A stretch of DNA of 64,000 nucleotides from Octopus vulgaris (taxonomy: Eukaryota): the NCBI GenBank assembly GCA_951406725.2, contig OX597814.1, forward strand, positions 169,694,001 through 169,758,000, given 5' to 3'. The translations under genes were made by a program, and so were the position numbers. This document shows positions 11,886-24,118 of this stretch, piece by piece; positions within the stretch are counted from its first letter, which is position 1, and each line of letters starts with the position of its first letter. The notes under the pieces were generated by a model. The model saw nothing but the letters and a program-made list of their open reading frames with translations. It did no database searches and was not told the DNA's origin.

Positions 11886-12316
11886 TAATTACATAAAAAT
11901 CAACGGTGGAAATGTTTTCTTCTCTGAGGAAACACATACATTTGCTTAATCTACACACGTGATATAACTGTCCGGTCTGTACCATACGTATAATTATATC
12001 AAATAAGTTAATTTTAATTGGAAGAAACTTAACTAATGAAAATTAACAAAACATTTCCATCAATGCATTTATTAAATATTTATTTATAAACAAGAAGAAA
12101 ATTGAAAAAAATGATGATTTACATTCGCTGGACACTCGTGACCCTATCCCCCTGCATTTCCGTCACTGTATTAAAATAAAATTTTATTAAAATTAGCCAT
12201 TTTAATTAATATTACATAAAGATACACGACGTCATGTGAAAGACATTTATTATTATATGCTTTTAAAAAAACCAAAACATTCTTTTAATTGATGTCATTG
12301 AAATTTTATTGTGAAA

Positions 12317-12829
12317 CTAGCAGTATCGCCCGGCGTTGCTCGGGTTTGTAAGGGAAATAACTATATAAGCATTTTTAGAGAGTTACTTCCCTTATGGATG
12401 CCAATTCGGGCTTTCTTAGCCATTTCTGTTTTGGTGTCTTCAAGCCATGAAGTCGTTGTTCTAAAAGAACGCTGGTCTCCTTGACAACGCTTTACGACGT
12501 TGATTTCCTTACACTCTTTTCCCCACAGCTTCACGAGGGAGGGAAGAAGGGGGAGAAGCAAACAGGTGCAGGTGTGACCATGGACGCCAACTCCGCCGCC
12601 ATCGACACACGAAAAATTGTGCATTAAAATGGAATAAAAAATGATGTTAAATTATTTTTAAAATCGTAGACTCATCGTAGACGCGCGCTAATACTCAGAC
12701 GGGCTCGATATGAATCACGACTATAAGATATCCGAATTTGGTTAAACTGCACCGCAAAATGTGGGAGTAGTTAGGAATCTAAATCGAAGGAGACAGACAC
12801 TCACACAACTACAGTTTTATATATATAGA
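12317..12829 (-). mobile_element. Non-autonomous Helitron with extra internal segment
   Basis: Same termini as 11491-11885, plus an additional GC-rich segment at about 12395-12615. Confidence 0.9.
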
Positions 12830-12944
12830 TTTCAATGAAGGAGCTTTTGGTTTTATTTTATTATTTTATTATTTTTTTTTTTCGTTTATCATTCGTTAAA
12901 TTTAACACTGCGATTTCAGCAGATGATCCAGCTTTACAAACAAA

Positions 12945-13070
12945 AGCTGCTGATTGGTTTAAATTTGAAACCAATCTGCCGTTTGATTGGCCAAAATACT
13001 GAACGACGTCTTTATAATAGAAATACTGGTGATATTATTTCAGATGCTGAGAGTTCGCCATGTCTGGCGG
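12945..13070. promoter_or_regulatory. Candidate NF-Y/CHR promoter module
   Basis: ATTGG at 12953 and 12986, CCAAT at 12971, TTTAAA/TTTGAA at 12958-12969, YY1-like CGCCATGT near 13056, CpG-retaining context. Confidence 0.35.
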
Positions 13071-13516
13071 ATGTTATTTTGCATTCGTCATTCTAACCCT
13101 AACTATTTAGGGTTATAATGTTGTTTTTCGAGGATTTGTTTTCAATATTAGCAACAACAAAAAAACGTCCTTTGGTGTATTCTCAGTTGTTTCACCCTTC
13201 GTATGAAGAATCTATCTATACTTTGCTTCTTTCTTTGATAAATGTTTTGAGTCGCGACAGTGAAGGGGTTCGCTCCGAAGCTGACGCACCTTACTTTATC
13301 AATAAATAGACCATAGATGTAAGGTTCAGATTCCATACAACATTAAAGTTGCTAACCCAGATGAAATCTCTATTGTTACAAGTAATCTCTAGGGAAAAAT
13401 GGTGTTAGCGACATTCCTTTTTTTTTTTTTTTTTTTTGTTCCTCTACTTCACCGAAATTTACTTATTCTTTTCATTTGTTGCATTATTTTCCTATATTAT
13501 TTTAGTATGGTTTGCA

Positions 13517-13746
13517 GGTACTACATGAGAACAATGGTCCCGGTTCGCTAGTCATGACTAGTCGATCCTCACTTTGTGTTTTTGTGTTATTTACTTAGTT
13601 TAAAAATTATTTACTTTGTGTTTTATTTATTTTGTTTAACAAACATTATTTTGTGTTTTATTTACTTCGCTAGGTAGTTGTAGGATCGACTAGGTAGCGC
13701 GACTCAGCGAATGCAAGCACCGGGACCACTGTTCTCAAGTAGTACC
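13517..13746. mobile_element. Merlin-like MITE
   Basis: 28-bp TIRs GGTACTACATGAGAACAATGGTCCCGGT / ACCGGGACCACTGTTCTCAAGTAGTACC; 9-bp TSD TGGTTTGCA/TCGTTTGCA. Confidence 0.8.
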
Positions 13747-13881
13747 TCGTTTGCATGTGTTATCCTTTCATTTTCATGCATGTCCCAAAATTAATACAAA
13801 TTTTCACTATTTTTAAGGCTGACACCGAGTGACAAAACGAGGTTTGAGTTTCTTTTATAACATGGCTGTTTTTATCTTTAA

Positions 13882-14252
13882 CTAAGCAGTATCGCCCGGC
13901 GTTGCTCGGGTTTGTTTCGACCCTTTAGGAATTTTTGAAAAGCAAAAATTTTGCATTATGTAGCTTGTTTTTCTCTTATAGTGAACATTTTTCTGGTTGA
14001 AATACACCGAAAAATGGCGACACAGCAGTCCAAAACATCGTAAAAAATAGGAATTTTCATAGAAAAAAAGCACCATTTTGATGTAAATGGTCCGATTTGA
14101 ATTTTTTCTTTTACGGAAGGAAGAGCAAGCCTTCTTCTATCATACTCTCAATTTTGGTCAACTTGCGCCGCAGGGTCACGGAGGAGATAGTGTTAGTTGA
14201 AGGCTACCAAACCTGCCATACGCAGACAACTTCAGCTTTATATATAGAGAGA
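13882..14252 (-). mobile_element. Non-autonomous Helitron, second subfamily
   Basis: Same 3' hairpin and a similar 5' TC..TATATAAA end, but a different interior. Confidence 0.8.
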
Positions 14253-15619
14253 TTAATGGCCCTTTTACCTTTGTGGTCACCGAGGACTGCTTGACGAGAA
14301 TTATCCTCATAGAAGACTTCACTAAAAGACAATCAAACCGCTTCAGACAGGGTTGTGTTGGTATTAAGCTAGGCGACTCTTTAGATAGAAAGCAACAATT
14401 GTTTTTAATCACGCATTTATAATTAAGAGGAATTTTATTAATTTAAAATGCCATTAATACGATTTTCTTAGTGTTTTAGTAGATTAACTGATAATTGAAA
14501 CCATTCCCGTATGGGAAAATTATATGCCCCCCCCTTCACTTTTAGTATTCACCTGTTTGATACAAGGAGAATAACGAGTGTGTATAAAGTATATACGCAC
14601 TTGTATATGGATATGTGTGTATAATACATAATTTTACTTTCTCCCATAATATTCAATATATTAGACTACCATACACCTCAATTATACGCACATTACTGCC
14701 TTTCTCTCCAACATACCTTTGTATTAAATGTCATTAAATATATGTTGTACATAGCTTATGTGATTATATATATCTCAATACACCTACATTTTTTTTTTTT
14801 TTTTACCGCATCCCAGAAGTGAAAGTAATTCGTCAATGTATGCACTACGGAGTTCAAAATTCTTGATTAATCTATATATCGAGAATTTTGTATGGATGCG
14901 TGGGCGAATATAATTCCGGCTGTCCTTTATCTAGAATGTTCGGAAAATGAAATATTTAAATTACGTCAGTCTTTTACGACTCGATGTGTTTCTGCTGGAA
15001 TTAAACCACCAGGTTCATATTTGAGGCAGTTGACGGGAAGTGTTGTGGGGGTTCGTATTTAATTTTAAAATAAATTTATAAATTGGAATATCCGAATTTA
15101 CACGGATATATATAAACGTACGAGCATATGTTTGTTGTAAGTTGTATATATGTGGCCATAAGTGGTTCTATTTATCTATCTTTCTGTCTAATTTCTATCT
15201 ATCTACACACACAGGCACTTACAAATGTATATAATATAGAGAGAGGTATTTTCTAGAAATCAATGAATCAGAAAAAAACACACTTATTGGTTAATTAAGT
15301 GGATAGATAAAATAATATAAAATAGAATATTCTCAAGTATACATATATGTATATACAGGTGCAACATGGATTTTCTGAAACCTTTGGCTCCAAAGCCATT
15401 CCAGATTACTAATTTTTACCAAACCAGGGGTGGTTACACTCTAAATTAAACAAATATTAAATTTCCTTAAATTATTTTATGAAATACAAGAACCTGTACA
15501 TAAGTATAAATTATACAAGTTCATAAATACTGTATTGTGTCAGTTAAGCCTGGCGAACACTGGATGTTTTTATTTCTGATCATAAATTAGTGCGACCTGT
15601 GTGTTGGTAGGTCTTTTAC

Positions 15620-16160
15620 TTGTCTGTCAGTTGACTGCGGCCATGCTGGAGCACCATCTTAAATGTTTTTTTTAGTCGCAGAAATCGACTCCAGGACTTA
15701 TTCTTCGTAAGCCTAGTCGGTCTGTTTTGCCAAAGCGTTACGACACATAAAAACACATGACAGGCTTCTTTCAGTTTCTTATTTCTTTATTACCCGCAAG
15801 GGGCTAAACAGAGAGAGGACAGACAAAGGGATTAAGTCGATTACATTGACCCCAGTGCGTATCTGGTACTTGATTTATCGACCCCGAAAGGAGGAAAGGC
15901 AAAGTCGACCTCTGCGGAATTTGAACTCAGAACGTAACGGCAGACGAAATACGGCTGTGCATTTCGCCCGACGTGCTAACGTTTCTGCCAGCTTGCCGTC
16001 TTAGGCTTCTTTCAGTTTCCGTCTCCCAAATCCACTCACAAGGCTTTGGTCAGCCCGAGGTTATAGTAGAGGACATTTGTCCAAAGTGCCACGCAGTGGG
16101 ACTGAACCTGGAATCATTAGGTTGGGAAACTAGCTCTTTACCACACAACCATGCCTGCAA
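15620..16160 (-). mobile_element. SINE C interrupted by SINE B
   Basis: The inner SINE is flanked by duplicated AGGCTTCTTTCAGTTTC from the host SINE. Confidence 0.8.
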
Positions 16161-16289
16161 CAAAACAGGAAATTGGAAATTTTTATTATTTATTTATCAT
16201 TTCATATGTTTCATTTGCCTTTAGGAATTACAAAGTTTTATATGTTAGATAGACATGGAAGGTATTTCCAATTAGAAATTAGATGATGT

Positions 16290-16525
16290 GTGTGTGTGAC
16301 CAGATTAGAAGCACCAAAGAAAACGAATGACACCATCTCTACCAAGAAGAAATCTTCCCAGGTGTAGTGGAAACAATGGCTAACAGGAAAGTGAGACACG
16401 ACCATCAAGGAGCCTGGGCAAGCTGGGACAGTATACAGCAGAACACCACTTGCTCAGATCCTCAGGTGGGCTTACATCCTGTGCATCAGATTTCTTCTTA
16501 TCGGGGCTGTCTACAATACTTTACT
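16290..16525 (+). mobile_element. HERO/NeSL-like non-LTR retrotransposon fragment
   Basis: QGAWASWD followed by frameshifted IRFLLIGAVYNTL resembles the QG.W..W...FL..A.YD.LP region preceding the CCHC/RLE domain. Confidence 0.5.
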
Positions 16526-16953
16526 AAGCTTAACCCTTCAGCATTTAAACCGGCCATATCCAGCCCAAATATTCTACCTGTTTTATGTTCAAACTGGCCA
16601 GTCACAGTGTGTTTGTCGTCCCACCATCGCTTGACAACCAATGTTGGTGTGTTTACGTTTCCGTAACTTAGCGGTTCGGCAAGAGAACGACAGAATAAGT
16701 ACTAGGCTTACAAAGAATAAGTCCTGAGGTTGATTTATTCGACTAAAGGCGGTGATCCAGCTTGGCCGAAGTCAAATGACTGAAACAAGTAAAGGAATAC
16801 ACACACACACACACACACGGTTTTGCGCGCGCGCGTTTACATAGCCATGCACACAAGTCATTCCTTCACATTGTCAAAGGGAGATAATCGAGGTTTTAGA
16901 ACCGCTTGATGTAGCTTGATGTATTCCTTACCAACTTTATGTTTTCGCCCTAG

Positions 16954-17631
16954 GGATCTTTTCGGTTTGAACGGCAGTTTTTTAAAATAATTTCTATGTA
17001 ACTAAACATTTTTAAACTTCGTATACTGGTAGAATGTGTTTATAAAACATCTTTTTCTCTTGGCTTTCTTGAGAAAATTCTGTAGTTTGTAAGATATTTT
17101 CTTCAATTTTGGTAATTTCAACCAATCAATGATGTCTATTGAGGTGAAAACATTATCTGCCGTGAAATATGATTGGGTTTATTTACATTTGTGAAGAAAA
17201 AAAGACACCCTTCTCCCCCACCCCTAACCCTAAAACGGATTGAAATGCAATAGATCGATACTAGGGTCATAATTATGGGTGGACACTAAAGAGGGAACGA
17301 TTTTGTTATCCAGCTCTGTTTACGAGTGACCCATCAGTTTATGGCCACAGGGTATCTTTTTTCTCATAAAAAAACAGGGACATTTTCATATGACGCCGCT
17401 ATAAAATGTTACAGCAGAAATCGTTTTTACCTCAATAGACGTCATTGATTGGTTGAAATTGCCGAAATGCAAGAAATTAAAGACCAAATATCTTACAAAC
17501 TATAGAATTTTCTCAAGAAAGCCAAGAGAAAAAGATGTTTTATAAACACATTCTACCAGTATATGAAGTTTAAAATTTTTTAGTTACATAGAAATTATTT
17601 TAAAAAACTGCTGTTCAAACCGAAAAGATCC
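16954..17631. mobile_element. Long fold-back member of the GGATC-TIR MITE family
   Basis: Inverted arms of about 190 bp; perfect 8-bp TSD CGCCCTAG (16946-16953 and 17632-17639). Confidence 0.9.
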
Positions 17632-17993
17632 CGCCCTAGCTCTGTATGACTAGCAGAAGCTGGAGTAGAATTCATCATTTTAAACGACAGCTGAACTGTC
17701 TATCAAGCTGAATAACTTTATTAGCGTGCTGTGGCTCTTCAAGTGAAATAATTTTACCTATGACAAACCGAGATCCTGTCTTTCTGACAGTGCAATAAAA
17801 GGGACACACCCAATGTTCCTAGCAGTTAGAATTGATATAGAACTACATGGTTACAAAACAAACGTCTTACCTGCACAAGCTTATCTGTACCATTAGCATC
17901 CCCCAAACTGGATAAGAGGTCAAAAGTTCTTGAAAGAATAAACGGTTCCATCTTAGAAAATATAACGTTAATGTGAGGTCATTCCCTACACTG

Positions 17994-18300
17994 GGATCTT
18001 TTCGGTTTGAACGGCAGTTTTTACTAGCGGTGTCATATGAAATTGTCCCTCATAATTATGACCCTAGTATCGATCTATTGCATTTCAATCTCTTTTAGGG
18101 GTGGGGGAAGGGTATCAAACCCAATCTGTTTCTTAAACGAGGGACATATTCATACGGCACAGAATGTTTTTTACCCCAATAGACGTCACTGATTGGTAGA
18201 AATTGAAGAAAAAAAAACAAAATGTAAGATTACAAACTATAGAATTTTCTCAATAAAGCCAAGAGAAAAAGATGCTTTATAAACACATTCTACCAGTATA
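17994..18300 (+). mobile_element. GGATC-TIR MITE, truncated
   Basis: Left TIR and interior match 9918-10320; right end missing. Confidence 0.8.
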
Positions 18301-19319
18301 ATGTGTGCATCTCTGATCATGAGCAAGAGTAGTGGGGGAGCATCATAGCCATGTGTTGAGAGGGATTCTTTGGGGTTTGAATAAATGTAACAAGCAAAGT
18401 TTGAAGTAAATATTAGCCATTTTTCATACTTTCTTGAGGTAAGTAAATAAGAAATAACAGTTGCTACCCAAGAACAAAAATCATGCTACAGTGTGTTATA
18501 ACATCATAATAAAGAAATGCTAGAAATAGCAATCAAATCCCCTTCAAACAACATTATACTATTTCATAAAAGCGCACATTTGATAATTTCGTCCAAAATA
18601 TACTATTCTAAAAGAAAAGATTGTATGGAATAGTCTTTGACTATCGGTCTGACTGCTTTATCAGAGCTGTCTTGGAGCACATAAGATTAGTCCTAGTTAT
18701 TTCTGTTTAGCTCCAGGCCAGACATGATTGGGCTGACTTATGCTCAAGTGTGTTCTATCCATGCCATATCTCATCTTTCTTTTTTCTTTTACGTACAGGC
18801 TTGGATGCATGGTAAGAAATATGGTTCTGAGTCATGTCTGATTGTAGGGGACTTCTACTTAGTGCTGGGCCAACCAAAACCTTGTGAATGAATTTGGTTG
18901 ATGGAAACTGAAAGAAACTTGTCATATGTCTATATATATACATACACGCATCTGCGTGTGTGTGTGCATGCGTATATATATATATATATACATACAGGGT
19001 GGCTTAAAAGTAGGTTTACAATTATCATGTAGGCACTTTAAAGTTCTTTCAAAACATTTTATTACATTTAAATTTCTATCTTACAAACTGAAATAGGGAT
19101 CCTGACAAAATTAACTAAATTAGCATAGAATAATGGTTTCATATTTTTTTTATAATTAAGATCTAAACTGTTATTATATGAATGCAAAAGAGATAGTTGA
19201 ATACCTGCAACCTACTTTGTTTGACTAAAAGGCGGTGCTCCAGCATGGCCACAGTCAAATGACTGAAAAAAGTAAAAGAGAAAGAGAGTAAAGAGATTAT
19301 TATTATTATTATTTTCTCT

Positions 19320-20480
19320 TCCTCTTTATCACAGGTTTTGTTGGAGCTCCTGGAGTATTGCATGCATATCAACTATATAGCATATATGGTGCCCCTTGTC
19401 CAACACTACCTGGTCTGGTCTGTTATGCTCTAGCACATGATCTGTTCGGATTGGGAAATCCCAGAGGATTTTGCTAGTCTCCAACTTCAGCACTCTCTGC
19501 AGTTTGTGCAAATACCATGTTATGCCTCTCTCTAGTCCCCACTTTACGCAGTTTCCAATGTAGCACTTTCACTACCTGCATGTCACCACAACTTGTAGTA
19601 GTTTTAGGCAAGTCTAGGGCATTCGTTCGTGATATAGGCAATGGTTTCATCCACTCTATTGGAGATGCAGCACAGGAGATACACTTCCTCATTCCTAAGG
19701 TTGACCTTCCAGTTTGTGGCCAAAGCTTGGTCTTGCGCTGCCAGTATAGTTCTCTCAGTTTCTTATTTTGGCATTCCTTTCATCAGCCAATACCATCTAT
19801 TTTTTTCCAGCAACTTCTTTTGTGGCTGCATGGAATTGAGTGTGTACTCCATTATTGCATAATTCCTCTTCATGTCCTTTTTGTACTTCTTTTGTTTTTT
19901 CCTTTTTTCTCTGCTCTCAATATTCCCTCGTTCCCAACTGTCACTAGCAAGGATTCCTTACTTTGGGTTAGGTATCTCATTAACCCTTTCGTTACTGTAT
20001 TTATTTTGTGATTTTAAATATAACAAAGAATTTAGTAAAATAGCTTTGTTATCATTAAGCTAATGCTAGGAACATAAATTGTGACTAAGGTTTGGTGGAA
20101 GATTTTAATTCAAAACTTATGAAAACAAGACACTTGTACTCAGAGCCAGAGCCAGTTTCAGCTGAGTTGGTATTAAAAGGGTTAAGCTCTCAAGTTCAAT
20201 ACGTATGCAGTCTTCCACACTTATCAGCCCCCTTCCTCCATTTGCTCTCTTCATCAGTGTCTGCACATGGATGTTGGGCTTCATACATCGTTAGGAGCTT
20301 TCTTGACTTCCTATCCATCTCCTTTAGCTCCTCCTCTGTCCACTTCAGGATTCCAGTGCCATACTGAACTACTGCAACTGCACATGAGTTTATTGCTGAA
20401 ATTATGTTTCTGGCATTCAGCTTTGAAGCCAATATTTTTCTCACTCACTTCAGGCACTCTGTTTTTGTCTTTCCCTTCAT
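19320..20480 (-). mobile_element. R4/Dong-like RLE non-LTR retrotransposon fragment
   Basis: LNARNIISAINSCAVAVVQYGTGILKW, VLHWKL and KILWDFPIRTDHVLEHNRPDQVVLDK..YIVD; interrupted by the TTAA MITE at 19984-20181. Confidence 0.85.
19984..20181. mobile_element. piggyBac-like MITE
   Basis: TTAA|CCCTTT...AAAGGG|TTAA. Confidence 0.85.
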
Positions 20481-21205
20481 ATCATTTTGTTTGACTTCGT
20501 CTGCCTCAAGAATTTCCAGGTATTTATAGCTGGACTGAAAAGGAAAATAAAAGGAATGTTAATGGTGAATGGTGATACTAGCAGTAGTGATGATGCTAGC
20601 TTTTTTGTTGGTAGGCTATTTCTTTGTTGTTTGTAGTGACAGTGACAACATTGCTGAATGGCCAACTCTTGCATTAAGGTGCTTGTATTAAATTATATGC
20701 TATCATCATCATCATCATCGTTTAACATCCGCTTTCCATGCTAGCATGGGTTGGACAATTTGACTGAGGACTGGCGAACCAGATGGCTGCACCAGACTCC
20801 AATCTAATCTGGCAGAGTTTCTACAGCTTGATGCTCTTCCTAACGCCAATCACTCCGAGAGTGTAGTGGGTGCTTTTACATGCCATCAGCATGAGGGCCA
20901 GTCAGGCAGTACTGGCAATGGCCATGCTCAAATGGTGTTTTTTACATGTCACCTGCACAGAAGCCAGTCCAGCGGCACTCGAAACAACCTCACAGTAAGA
21001 CAACGCTAGTAGCTATCACGCTTGAATGGTGCTTTTTATGTTCCACTGGCATGGAAGCCAGTTAGCTGCTCTGGCAACGATCACGCTCGGATGGTCCGCT
21101 TAGCGCTCAACTCGCATGGATGCCAGTCATCAAATTTGACTTTGATTTCGATTTCATTTTTAAATTTCAGTCTACAAAGATATATAGTGCTTGTCCTCAA
21201 CTCTT

Positions 21206-21460
21206 AAACTTTCTGCTCTTTTATAACACACCAGACTCAGGAGTCTACAAAGAGAATAAATGAATAAATAGATAAGTAAATAAATAAATAAATAGTGATG
21301 CTAACCCTTTCATACATCTACAGTAAATCATTTGTCATAGGTCCATCATTATCATGATCATCAACACCACTGCAATCACTACCACCACCTAACACCATCC
21401 TCACCACCATCATTACCATCATCATCACCATCACCCACCACAACCACCACCACCAATATA
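21206..21460 (+). repeat. Diverged direct duplicate of 24771-25030
   Basis: Shared TTTCTGCTCTTTTATA..GCTAACC..TCATACATCTA..TCATTATCATGATCA followed by (CAC/CAT)n. Confidence 0.75.
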
Positions 21461-22029
21461 AGTCTGCTCAAAAACTTCAGTGCCTTAATGCAAATAGATT
21501 TCCTATCATGACCAGCTGCTGAATATGTGGAGGAAGTCACTGCTTTCCTCAAATGATATATCTTCAGACTTCAAATTCAGGGTTGTGCACCAACAAAATG
21601 TTTATCTCTTGCAAACTGGCCATAAAAGACTGTTTAAAGAATTATTTCTTTTGCATCTGAGCCACATGAATGCACTAGAAAAGCAGATATCTCATTAGTA
21701 AAGCTTGTATACCACAGATTCTAATAGAGCAAGATAGGACATGTCCTAGCATAAATCTTCTTCCTGAAACTGTTCAACTAGAACATCACTATTAAAACTC
21801 ATACATATCTCTTTCAGCCAAGATTTGTGACAGTTTGATAGCACATCCAACCAATGGCTTCACCTATGAATGCTTTAATTTTAATTTTCATTCAAACCCT
21901 AACATTCTTCTGAAAAGAAGATGCAAATGGTGTGCAATAAATTGAGCTGCAGTTTTTCTTAAATATAATACCAAAGTGTGCATGAGGAATGAATTAATTT
22001 ATATGTATGTATGTATGTTAAAACTAACG

Positions 22030-22950
22030 TAGGCAAGAAAAGAAATTCCTCCCTCTTCTAGATAAGCATTTCCCAGTAAACCACAAATACAGGAAGAGTT
22101 TTAACAGATGCTTGATAAAAATACAATACAACTGCTGTCCCAATATCAATAACATAATCACTTACAAGCATCACTAAGAGCTCACTCTCAGTTATACTGT
22201 CAAGGCCCTGAAGCTTACTCACTTGACCAAGCATGTATGATAAACTCGTCATATATGAGGCAGAAGTCACAGCAATGCTTCAAGATAACCTAACTATACA
22301 GAAAAATTACATTGGGTTATATGAAAGCAATTTTAAAAGATGCTATGTAAGCCATCTATCTTCTTTCCAGCACAACAACAAAAGTAAAGCCACAAAGTTG
22401 GCTAGCCATGTATGGGGTTTGAAGATCATGTATAATCAAATATATAATCAGAGAAATTCATGTTATTTTTAATAGATCTAAGAAATGTAAATAATGCATT
22501 GCTGAAAGATCACATATACTTTTCAGATCTAAGAATTCTACTATGTTTTTGAATTCTAGATCTGAAATTTTCAGCAAATGCAAACACAAGAACAAATTTC
22601 ATTTGGCAAACTAGAGGATTGAGCAGATTCTTTCACAGACTTAGGTCCCTCCTCCTTTGACAATTAGCTTAATTATGGCTTTATGATTAAAGGGGACATA
22701 ACTCTGATTTTTCTTTCCTCTTCTTTGCACCAGCATCCTTTTCTGTAATTTGAATAGACCATGTTCCCAGAAACTGGAAATTGCTTGGAGACACAAGGTG
22801 GGTTATTAAAACCTGCCTCGACCTGAGTCTCTAAAGCAAGATACAATTAGTTGTTTGCAAATTATACTCTATACATTAAATGATACTTATCTCTTACTTG
22901 ATGGAGTACTTTTTATGTTGGTCTTACCTTCATGAAACAGTAAACTACAC
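22030..22950 (+). mobile_element. Penelope-like (Naiad-type) GIY-YIG endonuclease remnant and 3' end
   Basis: HFPVNHKYRKSFN..YNCCPN, VIYEAEV..YIGL..FKRCYVSHLSSF..TKLASHVWGLK (ORF 22233-22472), and LNSRSEIFSKCKHKNKF ending near 22614. Confidence 0.85.
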
Positions 22951-23132
22951 ACACACACACACACACACATACATCAGTGCATGTGTATACATTTGTGCTG
23001 TTCCTACAGCACAAGGAATATTTTATTCCTATTTGTAGCAATGCAGGTTTCTCAGTATTCTTAGTCACATTTAGTGATGATCAAATTAATTTTATATATA
23101 TGCATATATATATATATATGTATATATATATA

Positions 23133-23431
23133 TCATCATCATCATTGTTTAGCGTCCGTTTTCCGTGCTAGCACGGGTTGGACGGTTCGACCGGGGTCTG
23201 CACCAGGCTCCAGTCTGATCTGGCAGTGTTTCTACAGCTGGATGCCCTTCCTAACACCAACCACACCCACTACACTCGCAGAGTGGTTGGCGTTAGGAAG
23301 GGCATCAAGCTGTAGAAGCACTGCCAGATCAGACTGGAGCCTGGTGCAGCCCCTGGCTTCCCAGACCCCGGTTGAACCGTCCAACCCGTGCTAGCGCGGA
23401 AAACGGATGCTAAACGATGATGATGATGATG

Positions 23432-23432
<1 letters not shown>
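23133..23432. repeat. Fold-back of two SINE A halves
   Basis: (CAT)n..AACC at 23133-23262 is followed directly by its reverse complement ending in (GAT)n. Confidence 0.8.
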
Positions 23433-23467
<35 letters not shown>

Positions 23468-23499
23468 GTATATATATATGCATATATATATATATATGT

Positions 23500-23654
23500 A
23501 AATATATATATATATATTATTAAAGTTGCAAAAATATCACAAAAAAAACTGCTACTCGTTTCTGTTCATCGGACTGTTGTTATGTAGCATATTACTCTAC
23601 CTTTGGTATTCAAGTACTATTTTCCCCCTTGTTTTGCATTTATGTGCTTACTCA

Positions 23655-23704
<50 letters not shown>

Positions 23705-24062
23705 CATATATACATACACATATGATATAAGAATATAGAAACATTGAGAGAACATCTATTAATTCGTTTTTGGAGTGGTTGAAACTTGAAGCAGAAAAAG
23801 TTAGAAATAATACTATGTAAATACTGTATTAAAAATTCATGGCAAAGGTTCTACTATTGGACCAAAGTGATCCTTTAAATTTCTCTATCCATTTTAGAAG
23901 AAACTTCATTCATACAAGCAAGAATTTATGTTGTTGGTGCCATAAGAATATATATACACACACACACATCTGTCTGTCTGTCCCGCTTTCTGAATATCTG
24001 TCTGTCTATTTCTCTCTCTCTTTCTCTTTATATATATATATGTACGTGTGTATGTATATATG

Positions 24063-24118
<56 letters not shown>

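Noticed and set aside
13059-13110. First coding exon at GCCATGTCTGGC, or ACATGGCG on the minus strand
   Set aside because: Stops after 16 and 8 codons respectively, with no good donor.
15368-15451. Small ORF MDFLKPLAPKPFQITNFYQTRGGYTLN
   Set aside because: Short, unrecognised, and no polypyrimidine acceptor.
18995-19025. Tc1/mariner TIR TA|CAGGGTGGCTTAAAAGTAGG
   Set aside because: No matching second end found.
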